DNA from: an uncultured Spirochaetota bacterium
GTDB lineage: Bacteria > Spirochaetota > Spirochaetia > SZUA-6 > Fen-1364
Assembly: GCA_963745235.1 (NCBI GenBank)
Contig: CAVUXE010000035.1
Coordinates: 1-64,000 of the forward strand
Direction: 5' to 3'
Length of the DNA: 64,000 nucleotides
The position numbers and the translations under genes are program-made. The notes below the pieces were generated by a model, which was given only the letters and a program-made list of their open reading frames with translations, ran no database searches and was not told the origin of the DNA. Below are positions 20,652 through 34,465 of this stretch, piece after piece (position 1 is the first letter of the stretch; every line of letters starts with the position of its first letter).

Positions 20652-21948
20652 AGCAGGCATCATTTCATTCGTGCTCGCCGTCGGGCTGGCGCCGCTCGCC
20701 GGCGCCTGGGCCCCGATTGGCGACGATGGCGCGCTGCGGCCGGTTCCCGAGAACTGGGAAGCGCGGACGCTGCTGCGGGAGACCATCTTCGCCTCCGTGC
20801 GGGACGCAGCCGCTGCCCCTCGAAGGATCGTGCCCCAGACAGAGGCCGGGGATGATGTCTCCTTCACGGCCGAGGTCCAGGAGGATGCCGTGTACCTGGT
20901 GTTTGCCAACAGAAAGGCGAATGCCTTCCCCCTCGCGGACACAGGCACCTTCATCATCAAGCGAAGCCTCCTGGACGGGAGCTTTCTCCAGGCGAAGATA
21001 TTCGTGCAGAACGATCCCGGCTGCTATCTGCGGCTTTTCCCTGATGGCGAACGGACGGCCATGGACATCGTTCTCTACAACGAGAGCTTCCAGACTCATG
21101 TCATCCTCCCCGTCCCCTTTCAGGACCTCATGACGTCCCCCTTTTCCAGGATCGTGGAGCTCAGCAGGCCCTCTGTAGACTGGTCGCTCGTGATTGCCCC
21201 TGAGCGGGGTCCCGGTGATGACCGCGTGGAAGGGATCGTTCAAACGCTTCGAAGCCGCCTGGGGAAGCTTCGGGACATGGATGACGGCGCGATGGACGCT
21301 TCCGGCAAGCTGGTTTTCATCGCCACGGGAAATCCGGCTCCCTCCGGGCTCGGCGGCTTCAACTGCTCAGGTTTTGCCAAGTGGGTCATAGACGGCTTCT
21401 ACCTTCCGCTCACCGGCTCCCTGACCGACATAAATGCTTTGAAGTCGCGGGACTCCGACCTTCTGGGAAAGGCATGGAGCGCACGGTTCGAGGAGGAGCA
21501 GGACCCTTACTTCGGTCTGGACTGGTCGCGCGGCCTTGCCCGCGCGCTCGCCGCTGCCCGCACGGGCGAGATGCCGTCCCCCGACTCGCTGGACGTCAAG
21601 GGAAGCCGCTGGTTCGAGCACGTGAAGGATGTCGGGTATCCTGTGGATCGCCTCCCCGGGCTGCTGTACCTGCTGGCGCGGGATCGTCCCGGCACAATTT
21701 ACCTGGGCTCCGTGAACGCGCGCTCGAAGGGGGCTCCGCAGGGCGCCAGCATGCTTCTTCGTCAGCATCACCACGTGGTCGTGCTTCTTCCGTATTTCGA
21801 TCAGGCCGGGGATTTCCATCCTGTTGTCATGGAGAGAAACAAGGAAACCAGCGTCGCATCCCTTGTCAGGCGATATGGTACGGAGTACATCAACCTCGTG
21901 AGGGTCGACTCCACGGGCCAGTTTGTCCCGCCGGAGCTTCGCCAGTAA
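20629..21948 (+). CDS. Secreted hypothetical protein with a possible NlpC/P60-like Cys-His dyad
   Basis: Signal peptide; GFNCSGFAKW motif; downstream QHHHVVVL. Confidence 0.65.
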   Translation: MKTLCLRRAGIISFVLAVGLAPLAGAWAPIGDDGALRPVPENWEARTLLRETIFASVRDAAAAPRRIVPQTEAGDDVSFTAEVQEDAVYLVFANRKANAFPLADTGTFIIKRSLLDGSFLQAKIFVQNDPGCYLRLFPDGERTAMDIVLYNESFQTHVILPVPFQDLMTSPFSRIVELSRPSVDWSLVIAPERGPGDDRVEGIVQTLRSRLGKLRDMDDGAMDASGKLVFIATGNPAPSGLGGFNCSGFAKWVIDGFYLPLTGSLTDINALKSRDSDLLGKAWSARFEEEQDPYFGLDWSRGLARALAAARTGEMPSPDSLDVKGSRWFEHVKDVGYPVDRLPGLLYLLARDRPGTIYLGSVNARSKGAPQGASMLLRQHHHVVVLLPYFDQAGDFHPVVMERNKETSVASLVRRYGTEYINLVRVDSTGQFVPPELRQ

Positions 21949-22052
21949 GGGGCCAACGGCCGGCCCTTGCCCCCCCGTCCCGCGGCATGCCAAGGGAGGC
22001 CTCGACGACCTGCGGTGCGCGTGGTCGCACACCCCTTTACGCAATACCCCTT

Positions 22053-23542
22053 GGGAGCGCTTTCAATAAGTAGGTAGTCTCACGCTGCCCGGTCCAAGGT
22101 CGCCAGGAAATCCTGGAGAAGACGACCGCTGGCGATTGAGCAACGGATCTGCAGCATCCCATTGGCCCCGGCTTCCGACCAGCTCATGCCTCCTTGCTTC
22201 ATACGGCCGCCGACGACATTCTTGCAGGCGCTCTCGATGGTGCCACTGCCAATCGGCAGTCGGCGGACGCGGTAGCGATCATAGTGCATACGGTCTTTGT
22301 TATCTGTGAAGTAGTTGATCTCACCCTGGATGCAGTCACGATGTGCTCGATACTTCGCTGTGTCGCGAATCTGGCGCAACTCTTGAAGGAACTTCCGGAC
22401 CCTGCCAGCGAACAGAGTCGCCTTCCATCGTTTGAAATGTTTCCAGTACTCAGGGGTCTGTTCACCATAGAGTTGCTTGCACAGCCCTGAGACGTGTTCA
22501 CAGGCGTGGTAGAAGTCCAGAATGAAGGTGCTGGTCGGGGGAGCGATCTCAACGAAACGATCCCAAATCCACTTCGCTCCATCAGCAAGGAATACCAGGC
22601 GCTGGTTCTTCAAATCCTGTGCTCGCCGTTGCATCTCTACGGTCAAACGGCGCAGGAACAGGTCCGCGTGTTCGATGCCGCTGACGTAGCTGCTGGTGGC
22701 GCAGAATGCTTCCTGGCGCTTCTCATCCCAATCTACCGCCGAAACAGCTCCTATCTTCACATCGCGCCAGATGCTCGGGTAACTCTTTTTGCCATCAGCA
22801 GTTCTTTCTTCCTCCCCTCGTTCGCGAAGCTTCGTTGCATCCACCGACACCGCCATCACTCCCGCGATCGGATTCTCCTTGTCCAGCGGCTGCTCATTCT
22901 CGAATACCTGGGTGACCTCCTGTTGGCGTAGCCCCTGCAGACGCTCTCCCAACTCCGCGTCCATGTCCAAGGACTTCCTCATCGAAATCAACTCCGTGCC
23001 GTCGGGGCGAAAGATTTCGTGAAATCTCTGCAAGCTTTTTTCATACGCCTCCCGCCCGGTGAAGGAGGACAGAAAGTACTGACAACCGGGGGTATGACGC
23101 TTCTGGATTCCCAACTTCGCATCCAGAGGAAAGTAGCCTCCGCCTCCCTGCTCCTCGTTAAAGTAGTACGCCCGCTTGTAGTCGATCATCCCGAATAGCC
23201 CGTGCAGACTCGTGCTGCGGTAGCCGATGAATCTGTACTTTCTTTCCTCCTTGCGCACGACGGCTCCCTCATAGCCTTTGCCGACGTCTTGGAAAACTTT
23301 GCCCATCGCTTGGCGGCCAAGTTTCATGAGGAACTCCAGCATGTTGCGTTCGGTCAGAAACAGATCGCCGCTGTCAGTAATCTTCAGCCCATAGGCGGCC
23401 TTGAAGTTTTCCACAATCTGCGCTACCAGTGAATCCATCGCCTTTCCCTCCCAGCTATAGGAATCTTTTGGTAGTGGTAGTTTACCACGCGCTGGGAGGG
23501 CTTTTTCTAGCCCCCAACCACCAACTTCGCCAATGCGCACCC
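22053..23542 (-). mobile_element. ISKra4/ISLre2-like (Mutator-type) insertion sequence, 1490 bp, 9-bp target duplication
   Basis: Ends GGGAGCGCTTTCAATAAGT and (reverse complement) GGGTGCGCATTGGCGAAGT. ATACCCCTT is duplicated at 22044-22052 and 23543-23551. GC is visibly lower than the flanks. Confidence 0.9.
22080..23438 (-). CDS. ISKra4-family DDE transposase
   Basis: VSVDAT, FLADGAKWIW, LDFYHACEH and PIGSGTIESACK..V..RMK..GMSWS motifs; intact 452-aa ORF. Confidence 0.92.
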   Translation of the reverse strand: MDSLVAQIVENFKAAYGLKITDSGDLFLTERNMLEFLMKLGRQAMGKVFQDVGKGYEGAVVRKEERKYRFIGYRSTSLHGLFGMIDYKRAYYFNEEQGGGGYFPLDAKLGIQKRHTPGCQYFLSSFTGREAYEKSLQRFHEIFRPDGTELISMRKSLDMDAELGERLQGLRQQEVTQVFENEQPLDKENPIAGVMAVSVDATKLRERGEEERTADGKKSYPSIWRDVKIGAVSAVDWDEKRQEAFCATSSYVSGIEHADLFLRRLTVEMQRRAQDLKNQRLVFLADGAKWIWDRFVEIAPPTSTFILDFYHACEHVSGLCKQLYGEQTPEYWKHFKRWKATLFAGRVRKFLQELRQIRDTAKYRAHRDCIQGEINYFTDNKDRMHYDRYRVRRLPIGSGTIESACKNVVGGRMKQGGMSWSEAGANGMLQIRCSIASGRLLQDFLATLDRAA

Positions 23543-23558
23543 ATACCCCTTTACGCAA

Positions 23559-23587
23559 TTGACAGCCCTTCCGGATAGGTTTACTAT
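23559..23587 (+). promoter_or_regulatory. sigma70 promoter for the coiled-coil gene
   Basis: TTGACA-17-TACTAT, followed by a GGAGG RBS. Confidence 0.8.
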
Positions 23588-23612
23588 TTAAAAAACCTCT
23601 GGGAGGGGGACA

Positions 23613-26600
23613 ATGCTACCAATTTTCTCAATTGGTAATTTGATTACCTTTCTTGCTGTCCTTCTTATCCTGGTCATCCTTCGAGCACTTGACCGCAACA
23701 ACAGATCCCTGGAAAAGCTCAAAAGGTTCAGCGACAAGATCACGGCAAACATCTCGGCTCTCATGGAAGAGAAGACCGCCCAGCTCCGCGAGCTCACGGT
23801 CGACCTCCAGGGAAGCGTCCACGCCGGCAAGGATCTGATTGCCAGGGCCCGAACCGTGGAGGAAGCGCTCCAGGCCAGGTCCGAGGAGGTGGACGGGATC
23901 CGCAAGAGGCTCCTGGACTACGAGAAGAGCTTCACGGAAATCGCCTCCGTTTCGACACGCCTGGATCAGGCCCTGAAGAAGCTTCGTGAGGAAGCGGGGG
24001 TCGGAGACTCCGTGGTGAAGAGAATCGGCGAGGCAGCAGCGCGCCTGGAAAAACTGGAGAAGAGACTCCCCGAGATGGAGGCCGGCGCCGCCGCCCGCTC
24101 CCGCCAGGCCCTGGAGGCCGTTCGGGCGGAGCTGGTTTCCGCCGTTTCCGGCAAGGTCTCGACCCTTTCTGAGAACGTCGAGGTCTCCGAGAAGAGACTG
24201 AAGGATTTCTCAGCCTACATAGCGCGCCTGGAGGCGCGGGAGGAAGAGGCTGAGAAAGAAAGAGCGGCATACCTGTCGCGCTCCCTGGAGGCCTTCGAAG
24301 CGGACCTGAGCGGCAGGCTCTCCCGGGCGCGTGAGCGCGGGGAGACGCTGGAGGACGAGGTCTTCGGCAAGCTTGCGGCCAGGATCAAGGAGGACGAGGC
24401 CGCCTTTGCCAGGAGCGTCCAGGCAATCGAGATGCGCCTCGCGGACTACCAGGGAGACGTGGATTATCGCGTGAAGGCGCTGGAGGATTCCACAGACCTG
24501 GACGCCCTGCGCGCCTCCCTGGGGGAAAGCATTGCGAAGGTTGCGGGGGCGTCCGGGGCGAAATGAAGGAAATGGGGGCCAGCCTCATCGCCGGATGGCA
24601 GGCAGAGATAGCGGCAGCCACCCGCACCCAGGAGCAGATTCACGCCGGCCTTGCCGAAGTGCACGCCGGGTTGGAAGAGCTCAAGAAGGGCGCCTATCAG
24701 GACGTCGAGAAGGGGCTGTCTGTCTTCGAGGATGAGTTCTTTGCCGACCTTCGACAGCGGGCGGAGCAGGCGCTGGACAGGGTCCAGGGCTTCGATGGCG
24801 AGCTCACAGCGCGCATGGCGGCCTCGGATGAAGCCATGCAGGGGCTGCGGGATCGGATATCTTCCCTGGAAGCGGAGCTGAATGACAGGGTGTCGCGCGC
24901 TTTCCAGGAAGGGGAGACCCTGAACGCGGAGGTTTTCGGCCGCCTCGCGGAGAAGTTCAATGCGGACGCGGCTGCCCTGGAAAAAACGGCCGGCGGGGTC
25001 CGTGCACAGATGAAGGAGATAGCGGCCGGCCTCCTGGCGGGATGGCAGGCTGAGGTTTCTGCGGCTGCAGGCGCGCGGGATCAGGTGAACGCCAGCCTCG
25101 CGGAAGTACGCGGCGGACTGGAAGAGGTGAAGGCGCGCGCGGGTGAAGAGGTGAAGAAGGGCCTCTCCGCTCTTGAAGCGCAGCTCTTCGCTGAGCTTCG
25201 TACGCGCACGGCTCAGGCGCTGAAGAATGTGGAAGGCTTTGAAGGTGAGCTTTCGACCCGGATCGCCTCATCGGATGAATCGGTGCAGGCACTGCGGGAT
25301 CGGATGTCCGCGTTTCGAAGCTGAGATGAGCGGCATCGTGTCGCAGGCGGTCAAGCGCGGTGAGACGCTGGGTGAAGAAGCCTCCGCGCGGCTTGCGGAG
25401 AAGCTGAAGTCAGGAGAGGCCGTATTTGCCCGCAGCGTTCAGGCCATCGAGGCCCGCCTGGCAGACTACCAGGGCGATGTGGACAATCGGATCAAGGCTC
25501 TGGAAGAGTCCAGGGAGGATGTCAGCTCGGCACGGGCTTCTCTCTCCCAGGAGATCGAAGGGACGGTTGCGCAGGCGCGGGAAGAGATGAGGGAGATGGC
25601 CGCCGGTCTCGTGACGGGATGGCAGGCCGAGGTTTCCGCGGCTGCAGGCGCGCGGGATCAGGTGAACGCCAGCCTCGCGGAAGTACGCGGCGGACTGGAA
25701 GAGGTGAAAGCGCGCGCGGGTGAAGAGGTGAAGAAGGGCCTCTCCGCTCTTGAAGCGCAGCTCTTCGCTGAGCTTCGTACGCGCACGGCTCAGGCGCTGA
25801 AGAATGTGGAAGGCTTTGAAGGTGAGCTTTCGACCCGGATCGCCTCATCGGATGAATCGGTGCAGGCACTGCGGGATCGGATGTCCGCGTTTGAAGCTGA
25901 GATGAGCGGCATCGTGTCGCAGGCGGTCAAGCGCGGTGAGACGCTGGGTGAAGAAGCCTCCGCGCGGCTTGCGGAGAAGCTGAAGTCAGGAGAGGCCGTA
26001 TTTGCCCGCAGCGTTCAGGCCATCGAGGCCCGCCTGGCAGACTACCAGGGCGATGTGGACAATCGGATCAAGGCTCTGGAAGAGTCCAGGGAGGATGTCA
26101 GCTCGGCACGGGCTTCTCTCTCCCAGGAGATCGAAGGGACGGTTGCGCAGGCGCGGGAAGAGATGAGGGAGATGGCCGCCGGTCTCGTGACGGGATGGCA
26201 GGCCGAGGTTTCCGCGGCTGCAGGCGCGCGGGATCAGGTGAACGCCAGCCTCGCGGAAGTACGCGGCGGACTGGAAGAGGTGAAAGCGCGCGCGGGTGAA
26301 GAGGTGAAGAAGGGCCTCTCCGCTCTTGAAGCGCAGCTCTTCGCTGAGCTTCGTACGCGCACGGCTCAGGCGCTGAAGAATGTGGAAGGCTTTGAAGGTG
26401 AGCTTTCGACCCGGATCGCCTCATCGGATGAATCGGTGCAGGCACTGCGGGATCGGATGTCCGCGTTTGAAGCTGAGATGAGCGGCATCGTGTCGCAGGC
26501 GGTCAAACGCGGTGAGACGCTGGGTGAAGAAGCCTCCGCGCGGCTTGCGGAGAAGCTGAAGTCAGGAGAGGCCGTATTTGCCCGCAGCGTTCAGGCCATC

Positions 26601-29462
26601 GAGGCCCGCCTGGCAGACTACCAGGGAGATGTGGACAATCGGATCAAGGCTCTGGAAGAGTCCAGGGAGGATGTCAGCTCGGCACGGGCTTCTCTCTCCC
26701 AGGAGATCGAAGGGACGGTTGCGCAGGCGCGGGAAGAGATGAGGGAGATGGCCGCCGGTCTCGTGGCGGGATGGCAGGCCGAGGTTTCCGCGGCTGCAGG
26801 CGCGCGGGATCAGGTGAACGCCAGCCTCGCGGAAGTACGCGGCGGACTGGAAGAGGTGAAGGCGCGCGCGGGTGAAGAGGTGGAAAAGGGCCTCTCCTCG
26901 TTCGAACGGGAGTTCCTGACTGACCTGCGGCAGCGGGCAGCGCTGGCGCTGGACAAGTACCAGGTGTGGCAGGCGGACATCGAGAAGCGCATGGGAGGTT
27001 TCGAGGGCGAGCTGAAGACCCGGCTTGCCGCCTCGGATGAGGCCATGCAGGGCCTGAGAGACGCGTTGCGCGTCGAGGTGGAAAAGACCCGCAAAGATGT
27101 ATCCCTGGCCGTTGAGAAGGAGACCTCGGGCCTCCGGGAGACGCTGGACGCGGCCGTGCGCAAGAGCCAGCGGGAGATCGAATCAAGGCTGCACGAGCTT
27201 TCCGCGGAGCTGGAGACGGGGCGCAAAGAGCTGGGGGACATCCTGGACGCTTCCCGCGCCGAAGTGGTGGCATGGGAAGGCCGGGCCCGGCAGCAGCTCT
27301 CTGAGACAGAGGTCGCGGTGGGGGAGAAGATTTCCCGGCTTGCCACGGAGGCCGAATCGTCCATCGGCTCGGTTCGGGAAGAGTTCACCTCCGAGAAAGA
27401 GGAGCTGCTCGCGGTGTTCACCCAGGAACGGGCCTCGCTCAAGGGTGAGCTCAAGGAGCTGGGGGAGAGGATCTCAACCTTCGAAGGAGACTTGAAGAAA
27501 TCCGCGGAAGCGACCGTGGAGAGCATCCGGACCCAGATGGAAAGGGCCGGCAAGGGAACGACGGTTGCCCTGGAGAAGGAGCTTGCCGGGCTGAAAGAAG
27601 CGCTGGAGTCCAGGAGCTCCGCGATGCACGGGGAGATCGAGGCGCGGATGAGAGAGCTCGCCTCCCAGCTGGAGGCCGGGCGCAAGGATGCCGCGGCCCA
27701 GGCGGAGTCCGCCCTCAGTGCCATTCGCGGCAGCTTCGCCGTGGAAAGGGAAGAGCTGACGGCCGCATCCGCGGCTGAGCGCGAGGCGTTGAAGAAACAG
27801 TTTGCGGAAATGGGGGAGAGGATAAGCTCCTTCGATGCGGAGCTGTCACGGACCACGGACTCCACCATGGAGGCAATCCAGGTGCTGCGGGAGGCCCTGC
27901 ACGAAGAGGTGGAGAAGGCTCGCGGGGAGTCGTCGCTTGCCATGGAGAAGGATCTCGCGTCCCTGCGGGAATCCCTGGAAGGCGCTTCGCGCAGGATGCA
28001 GAAAGAGATCGAAGCGCGGATGGGAAGCATCACCGCGGAGACGGAAGCCAACAGGAAGGAAGTGTCGCAGCTGCTGGAGGCCTCCAGCACCTACATCACC
28101 TCGTGGGAGCTGAAGACCCGCCAGCGGCTGACGGAGTCAGAGGCCATCATCGCCAGGAAGATGGCTGCCGTGGAATCGGAGGCCGGCTCATCCGTGGAAG
28201 CCATTCGCCAGGCTTTTGCGGACCAGAAGGAAGAGCTCATCGCGGCTTCCAGCGCGGAGAGCGCGACGCTGAAGGGCCATCTGGTCGAGGTGGGAGAGAA
28301 GGTATCCGCGCTCAGGGCTGAGCTTTCCCGGACCTCCGAGGATACCCTGGAGAAGCTGCAGGGCCAGGCGGAGGCGCTCCAGGCGGAAAGCCAGAAGCGC
28401 ATCCGGGATTTCCAGGCGGACGTGGAGACGCGCATCAAGGAATACCGGCAGCTCATGACGGAAAGCCGCGAAAAGGCGGAGGGCATGCAGGAAAAGCTCT
28501 TTGCCAAGGTAGACGAAAGCTATCGCCTCCTGTCCACGAACCTTGCCGACATCGACAAGAGGGTGAAGTCTTTCACGTCGCAGACGCGCCTGTTCGAGCG
28601 GGCGGACTCCCTGAAGGCGACGCTGGAAGGCAGCATCGAGGAGATGAAAAAAGAGGTCGCGAAGCTCGGTGCGGAAAAGGCGGAGCTTGCGGAGACAGAG
28701 CTGCAGCTGGCACGGACAAAGAAGCTTGCGGACGAAGTTTCGGCAAAGCTGTCGCGGTTCCTCGCGGAGAAGCGGCGCATCGACGAGATGGAGGGGGAGT
28801 TCAAGAAGCTTCTGACGCTCTCCCGCGATATCGACCTGAAGGTGAGCTCGCTGTCCGGCAGCCATGACGCCCTCCAGCAGATCCAGGCCAAGATACGGGA
28901 GTTCGAGGAAATGGGGAAGGTCGTGGAGACCGGAGTGGAAAGGCTGGACAAGAAGAAAGAGATCATTTCCGTGACAGCGGAGGGCGTGGACAAGAACTTC
29001 CAGCGCCTCGAGAACATGGAGAAGACCATCAAGGAGACCGACCAGGAAGCGGTGGCCCTGGAGTCCAAGGTGCGGTCCCTGGTGGCTGAGTACGAGACGC
29101 TCGCCGGACGCAAGAAGGAGGCGGAAACCGCGATCGAAATCTCCGGAAAGCTGACCTCGGTCATCGAAGACCTGGAGCAGCGCCTGGAGAAGGCGCAGAA
29201 CTCAAGGGAGTGGATGGCGCGCACGGAGACGCGGTTCGAGGAGATCGGCCGCCAGGCGCAGGAGCAGGTGCGCCTCCTGGAAAGCATCGTCAAGTCGGAG
29301 ACAAAGAAGGAGAAAGGGGACAGGGGCGCGCCGCCAATGGACAAGCGGGAGACAGTGGTCAAGCTCTCACACCAGGGTTGGTCCGTGCAGGAGATCTCCC
29401 GGGTCACCCAGCTCAGCCGCGGTGAGGTGGAGCTCATCCTGGAGCTCGCTCCGAAGGTCTGA
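23613..29462 (+). CDS. SpiroCoCo-type giant coiled-coil protein, ~1950 aa (two apparent frameshifts near 24545 and 25316)
   Basis: N-terminal TM followed by LDRNNRSLEKLKRFSDK; long heptad-rich body; C-terminal HTH-like VVKLSHQGWSVQEISRVTQLSRGEVELILEL. The three ORF-track pieces are collinear. Confidence 0.8.
25039..26897 (+). repeat. 576-bp (192-aa) near-identical tandem repeat, ~3.2 copies
   Basis: Unit starts (GGGATGGCAGGC) at 25039, 25616, 26192 and 26768; identical shadow ORFs recur 576 bp apart in the ORF track. Confidence 0.95.
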
Positions 29463-29465
29463 GCC

Positions 29466-30662
29466 GTGAATGCAGCTTCCCGGGTCGCACTGGTTGCATG
29501 CCCGGATTATGATCGGCAGCGCGTCCGCGACGCCGTGCAGCGGGGCCTCGACCTGCTGGGTCCCGGCTCGCTGCCTTCGGCGGCCGGACTGAACGGGAAG
29601 CGCCTTCTCCTGAAGCCGAACCTCCTTCGAACGGCCCCGGCAGGGAAGGGTGTCACGACGCACCCGGAGGTTTTCGCGGCCGTGGCGGGTTCCCTGGTGG
29701 CCAGGGGTCTTTCTCTTGCCTACGGGGACTCGCCCAACGGGATGTTCACGCCCCTCGCTGTGGCCAGAAGCTGCGGGATCCACGACGCGGCTTTCGCTCT
29801 TGGCGTCCCGCTTGCGGATTTCGAAACCGGAGTCGACGTGAGCTTCCCGGGCGGATTGCTCGACCGTCGGTTCACAGTGGCGCGCGGCGCGGTAGAGGCG
29901 GGAGGGATTGTGAACCTGCCACGCTTGAAGACCCACGGTCTTACGACCATGACCGGGGCTCTGAAGAACACCTTCGGCGTGATTCCGGGCGGCCGCAAGG
30001 GGGAATACCACGTCACGCATCCGGACGTTGAAAGCTTTTCCCGGATGATCGTGGACTTGAACCGCGCCATCCCCTCCTGCCTCGTGGTGATGGACGCAAT
30101 AATGGTGATGGAAGGAAACGGGCCGGCAAACGGCCGACTCCGGGCAATCGGCCTCCTGATCATCACGACGGATCCGGTTGCCGCGGATGCGGTTGGGTGC
30201 AGGATCATGGGAATAGATCCCGTGGCGGTCCCGTTCGTCCGCATCGCTGATGAGGCCGGCCTCGGAAACGCGCACGCCGGGAAAATCGAGCTGCTTGGCG
30301 AAACCCTGGAACAGTATTCGCGAGCGGATATGGACGTGCGAGCCCGCCCGCTTGGCCAGAATGTGCCTCGCTTCCTGATTCGCGTGGCCAAGGATCTCAT
30401 CGTATCGAAGCCCGTCATAGACGATGCGAAATGCTCCCGGTGCGGTCAGTGCGTGGAAGCGTGTCCGACCGTTCCCAAGTCGCTCCGTCAGGAAGGCCAG
30501 AGCACCCGCGGCGTGCCGCGCTATCTGTACTCTGCCTGCATCCGGTGCTATTGTTGCCAGGAGACTTGTCCCACGGGCGCAATCAGCATCCGGCGCGCAC
30601 CCCTGGCAGGGGTCTTCGAGGCCCGGAGGGAGAGCGCGGGCAGGGGAAAAAGCTTGACCTGA
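29466..30662 (+). CDS. DUF362-domain protein with a C-terminal 2x[4Fe-4S] ferredoxin domain
   Basis: LLKPNLL, TTHPEV, PRLKTH..T.MTGALKN.FG, MEGNGP and DPVAAD motifs; CSRCGQCVEACP and CIRCYCCQETCP. Confidence 0.9.
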   Translation: MNAASRVALVACPDYDRQRVRDAVQRGLDLLGPGSLPSAAGLNGKRLLLKPNLLRTAPAGKGVTTHPEVFAAVAGSLVARGLSLAYGDSPNGMFTPLAVARSCGIHDAAFALGVPLADFETGVDVSFPGGLLDRRFTVARGAVEAGGIVNLPRLKTHGLTTMTGALKNTFGVIPGGRKGEYHVTHPDVESFSRMIVDLNRAIPSCLVVMDAIMVMEGNGPANGRLRAIGLLIITTDPVAADAVGCRIMGIDPVAVPFVRIADEAGLGNAHAGKIELLGETLEQYSRADMDVRARPLGQNVPRFLIRVAKDLIVSKPVIDDAKCSRCGQCVEACPTVPKSLRQEGQSTRGVPRYLYSACIRCYCCQETCPTGAISIRRAPLAGVFEARRESAGRGKSLT

Positions 30663-30714
30663 TCCGAAGTCATCTATTACCTTTAGGTAAACTCTTTTTA
30701 AGCAGGCGGTGTCG

Positions 30715-31365
30715 ATGTCTAAGAAAAAAGACCAGTCAGAGGTCTTCGAAGGGGCGCAGAACGTCCCCGGGGGAACGCCACTGGACGGCGGATCTGACAC
30801 GAAGGGGAGCGAGCAGATTGCCCCTGCCCCGGGACAAAGCGCGGAGGAACGCGTGAAGACGCTTTCGGCTGAAGTTGCCGATCTCAAGGATAAGCTTCTG
30901 CGCAAGCAGGCGGATTTCGAAAACTTTCGAAAACGCATGCTTCGCGAAAGGGAGGATGCTGCCCGGTACGCAAATGCGGCGCTGCTGGGAGACTTGATCG
31001 GGTTGATTGACGATTTCGAGCGGGCCATCCATTCGGGGGAGGAGTCGAAGGATTTCAGCTCGTTCCTCCAGGGAATAACGATGATCGAGAAGCAGCTGGT
31101 GGAGATGCTGGAAAGCCGCTGGGGGCTGAAGCGGTTCGTTTCGGTGGGAGAGACCTTTGACCCCAACAGGCATGAGGCCGTGCAGCGGGTGGAAGGCCCG
31201 GCGAGCTCCAAGCCCACCGTGGTGGAAGACTATCAGAAGGGATATTACCTGCATGAGCGGGTCCTCAGGCCCGCGCGGGTCAAGGTGATGGTGCCGGCGC
31301 AGGGGGAGGCTGCCGGAGCGTCGAATGATCCGCCCGCGCCCCCGACTGGCGGGGATGGGAAATAG
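30715..31365 (+). CDS. grpE: Nucleotide exchange factor GrpE
   Basis: [13 protein letters not shown]...DDFERA...FDPNRHEAV...[17 protein letters not shown]. Confidence 0.96.
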   Translation: MSKKKDQSEVFEGAQNVPGGTPLDGGSDTKGSEQIAPAPGQSAEERVKTLSAEVADLKDKLLRKQADFENFRKRMLREREDAARYANAALLGDLIGLIDDFERAIHSGEESKDFSSFLQGITMIEKQLVEMLESRWGLKRFVSVGETFDPNRHEAVQRVEGPASSKPTVVEDYQKGYYLHERVLRPARVKVMVPAQGEAAGASNDPPAPPTGGDGK

Positions 31366-31367
31366 GG

Positions 31368-34450
<3,083 letters not shown>

Positions 34451-34465
34451 CATAGCATTTCCTTC

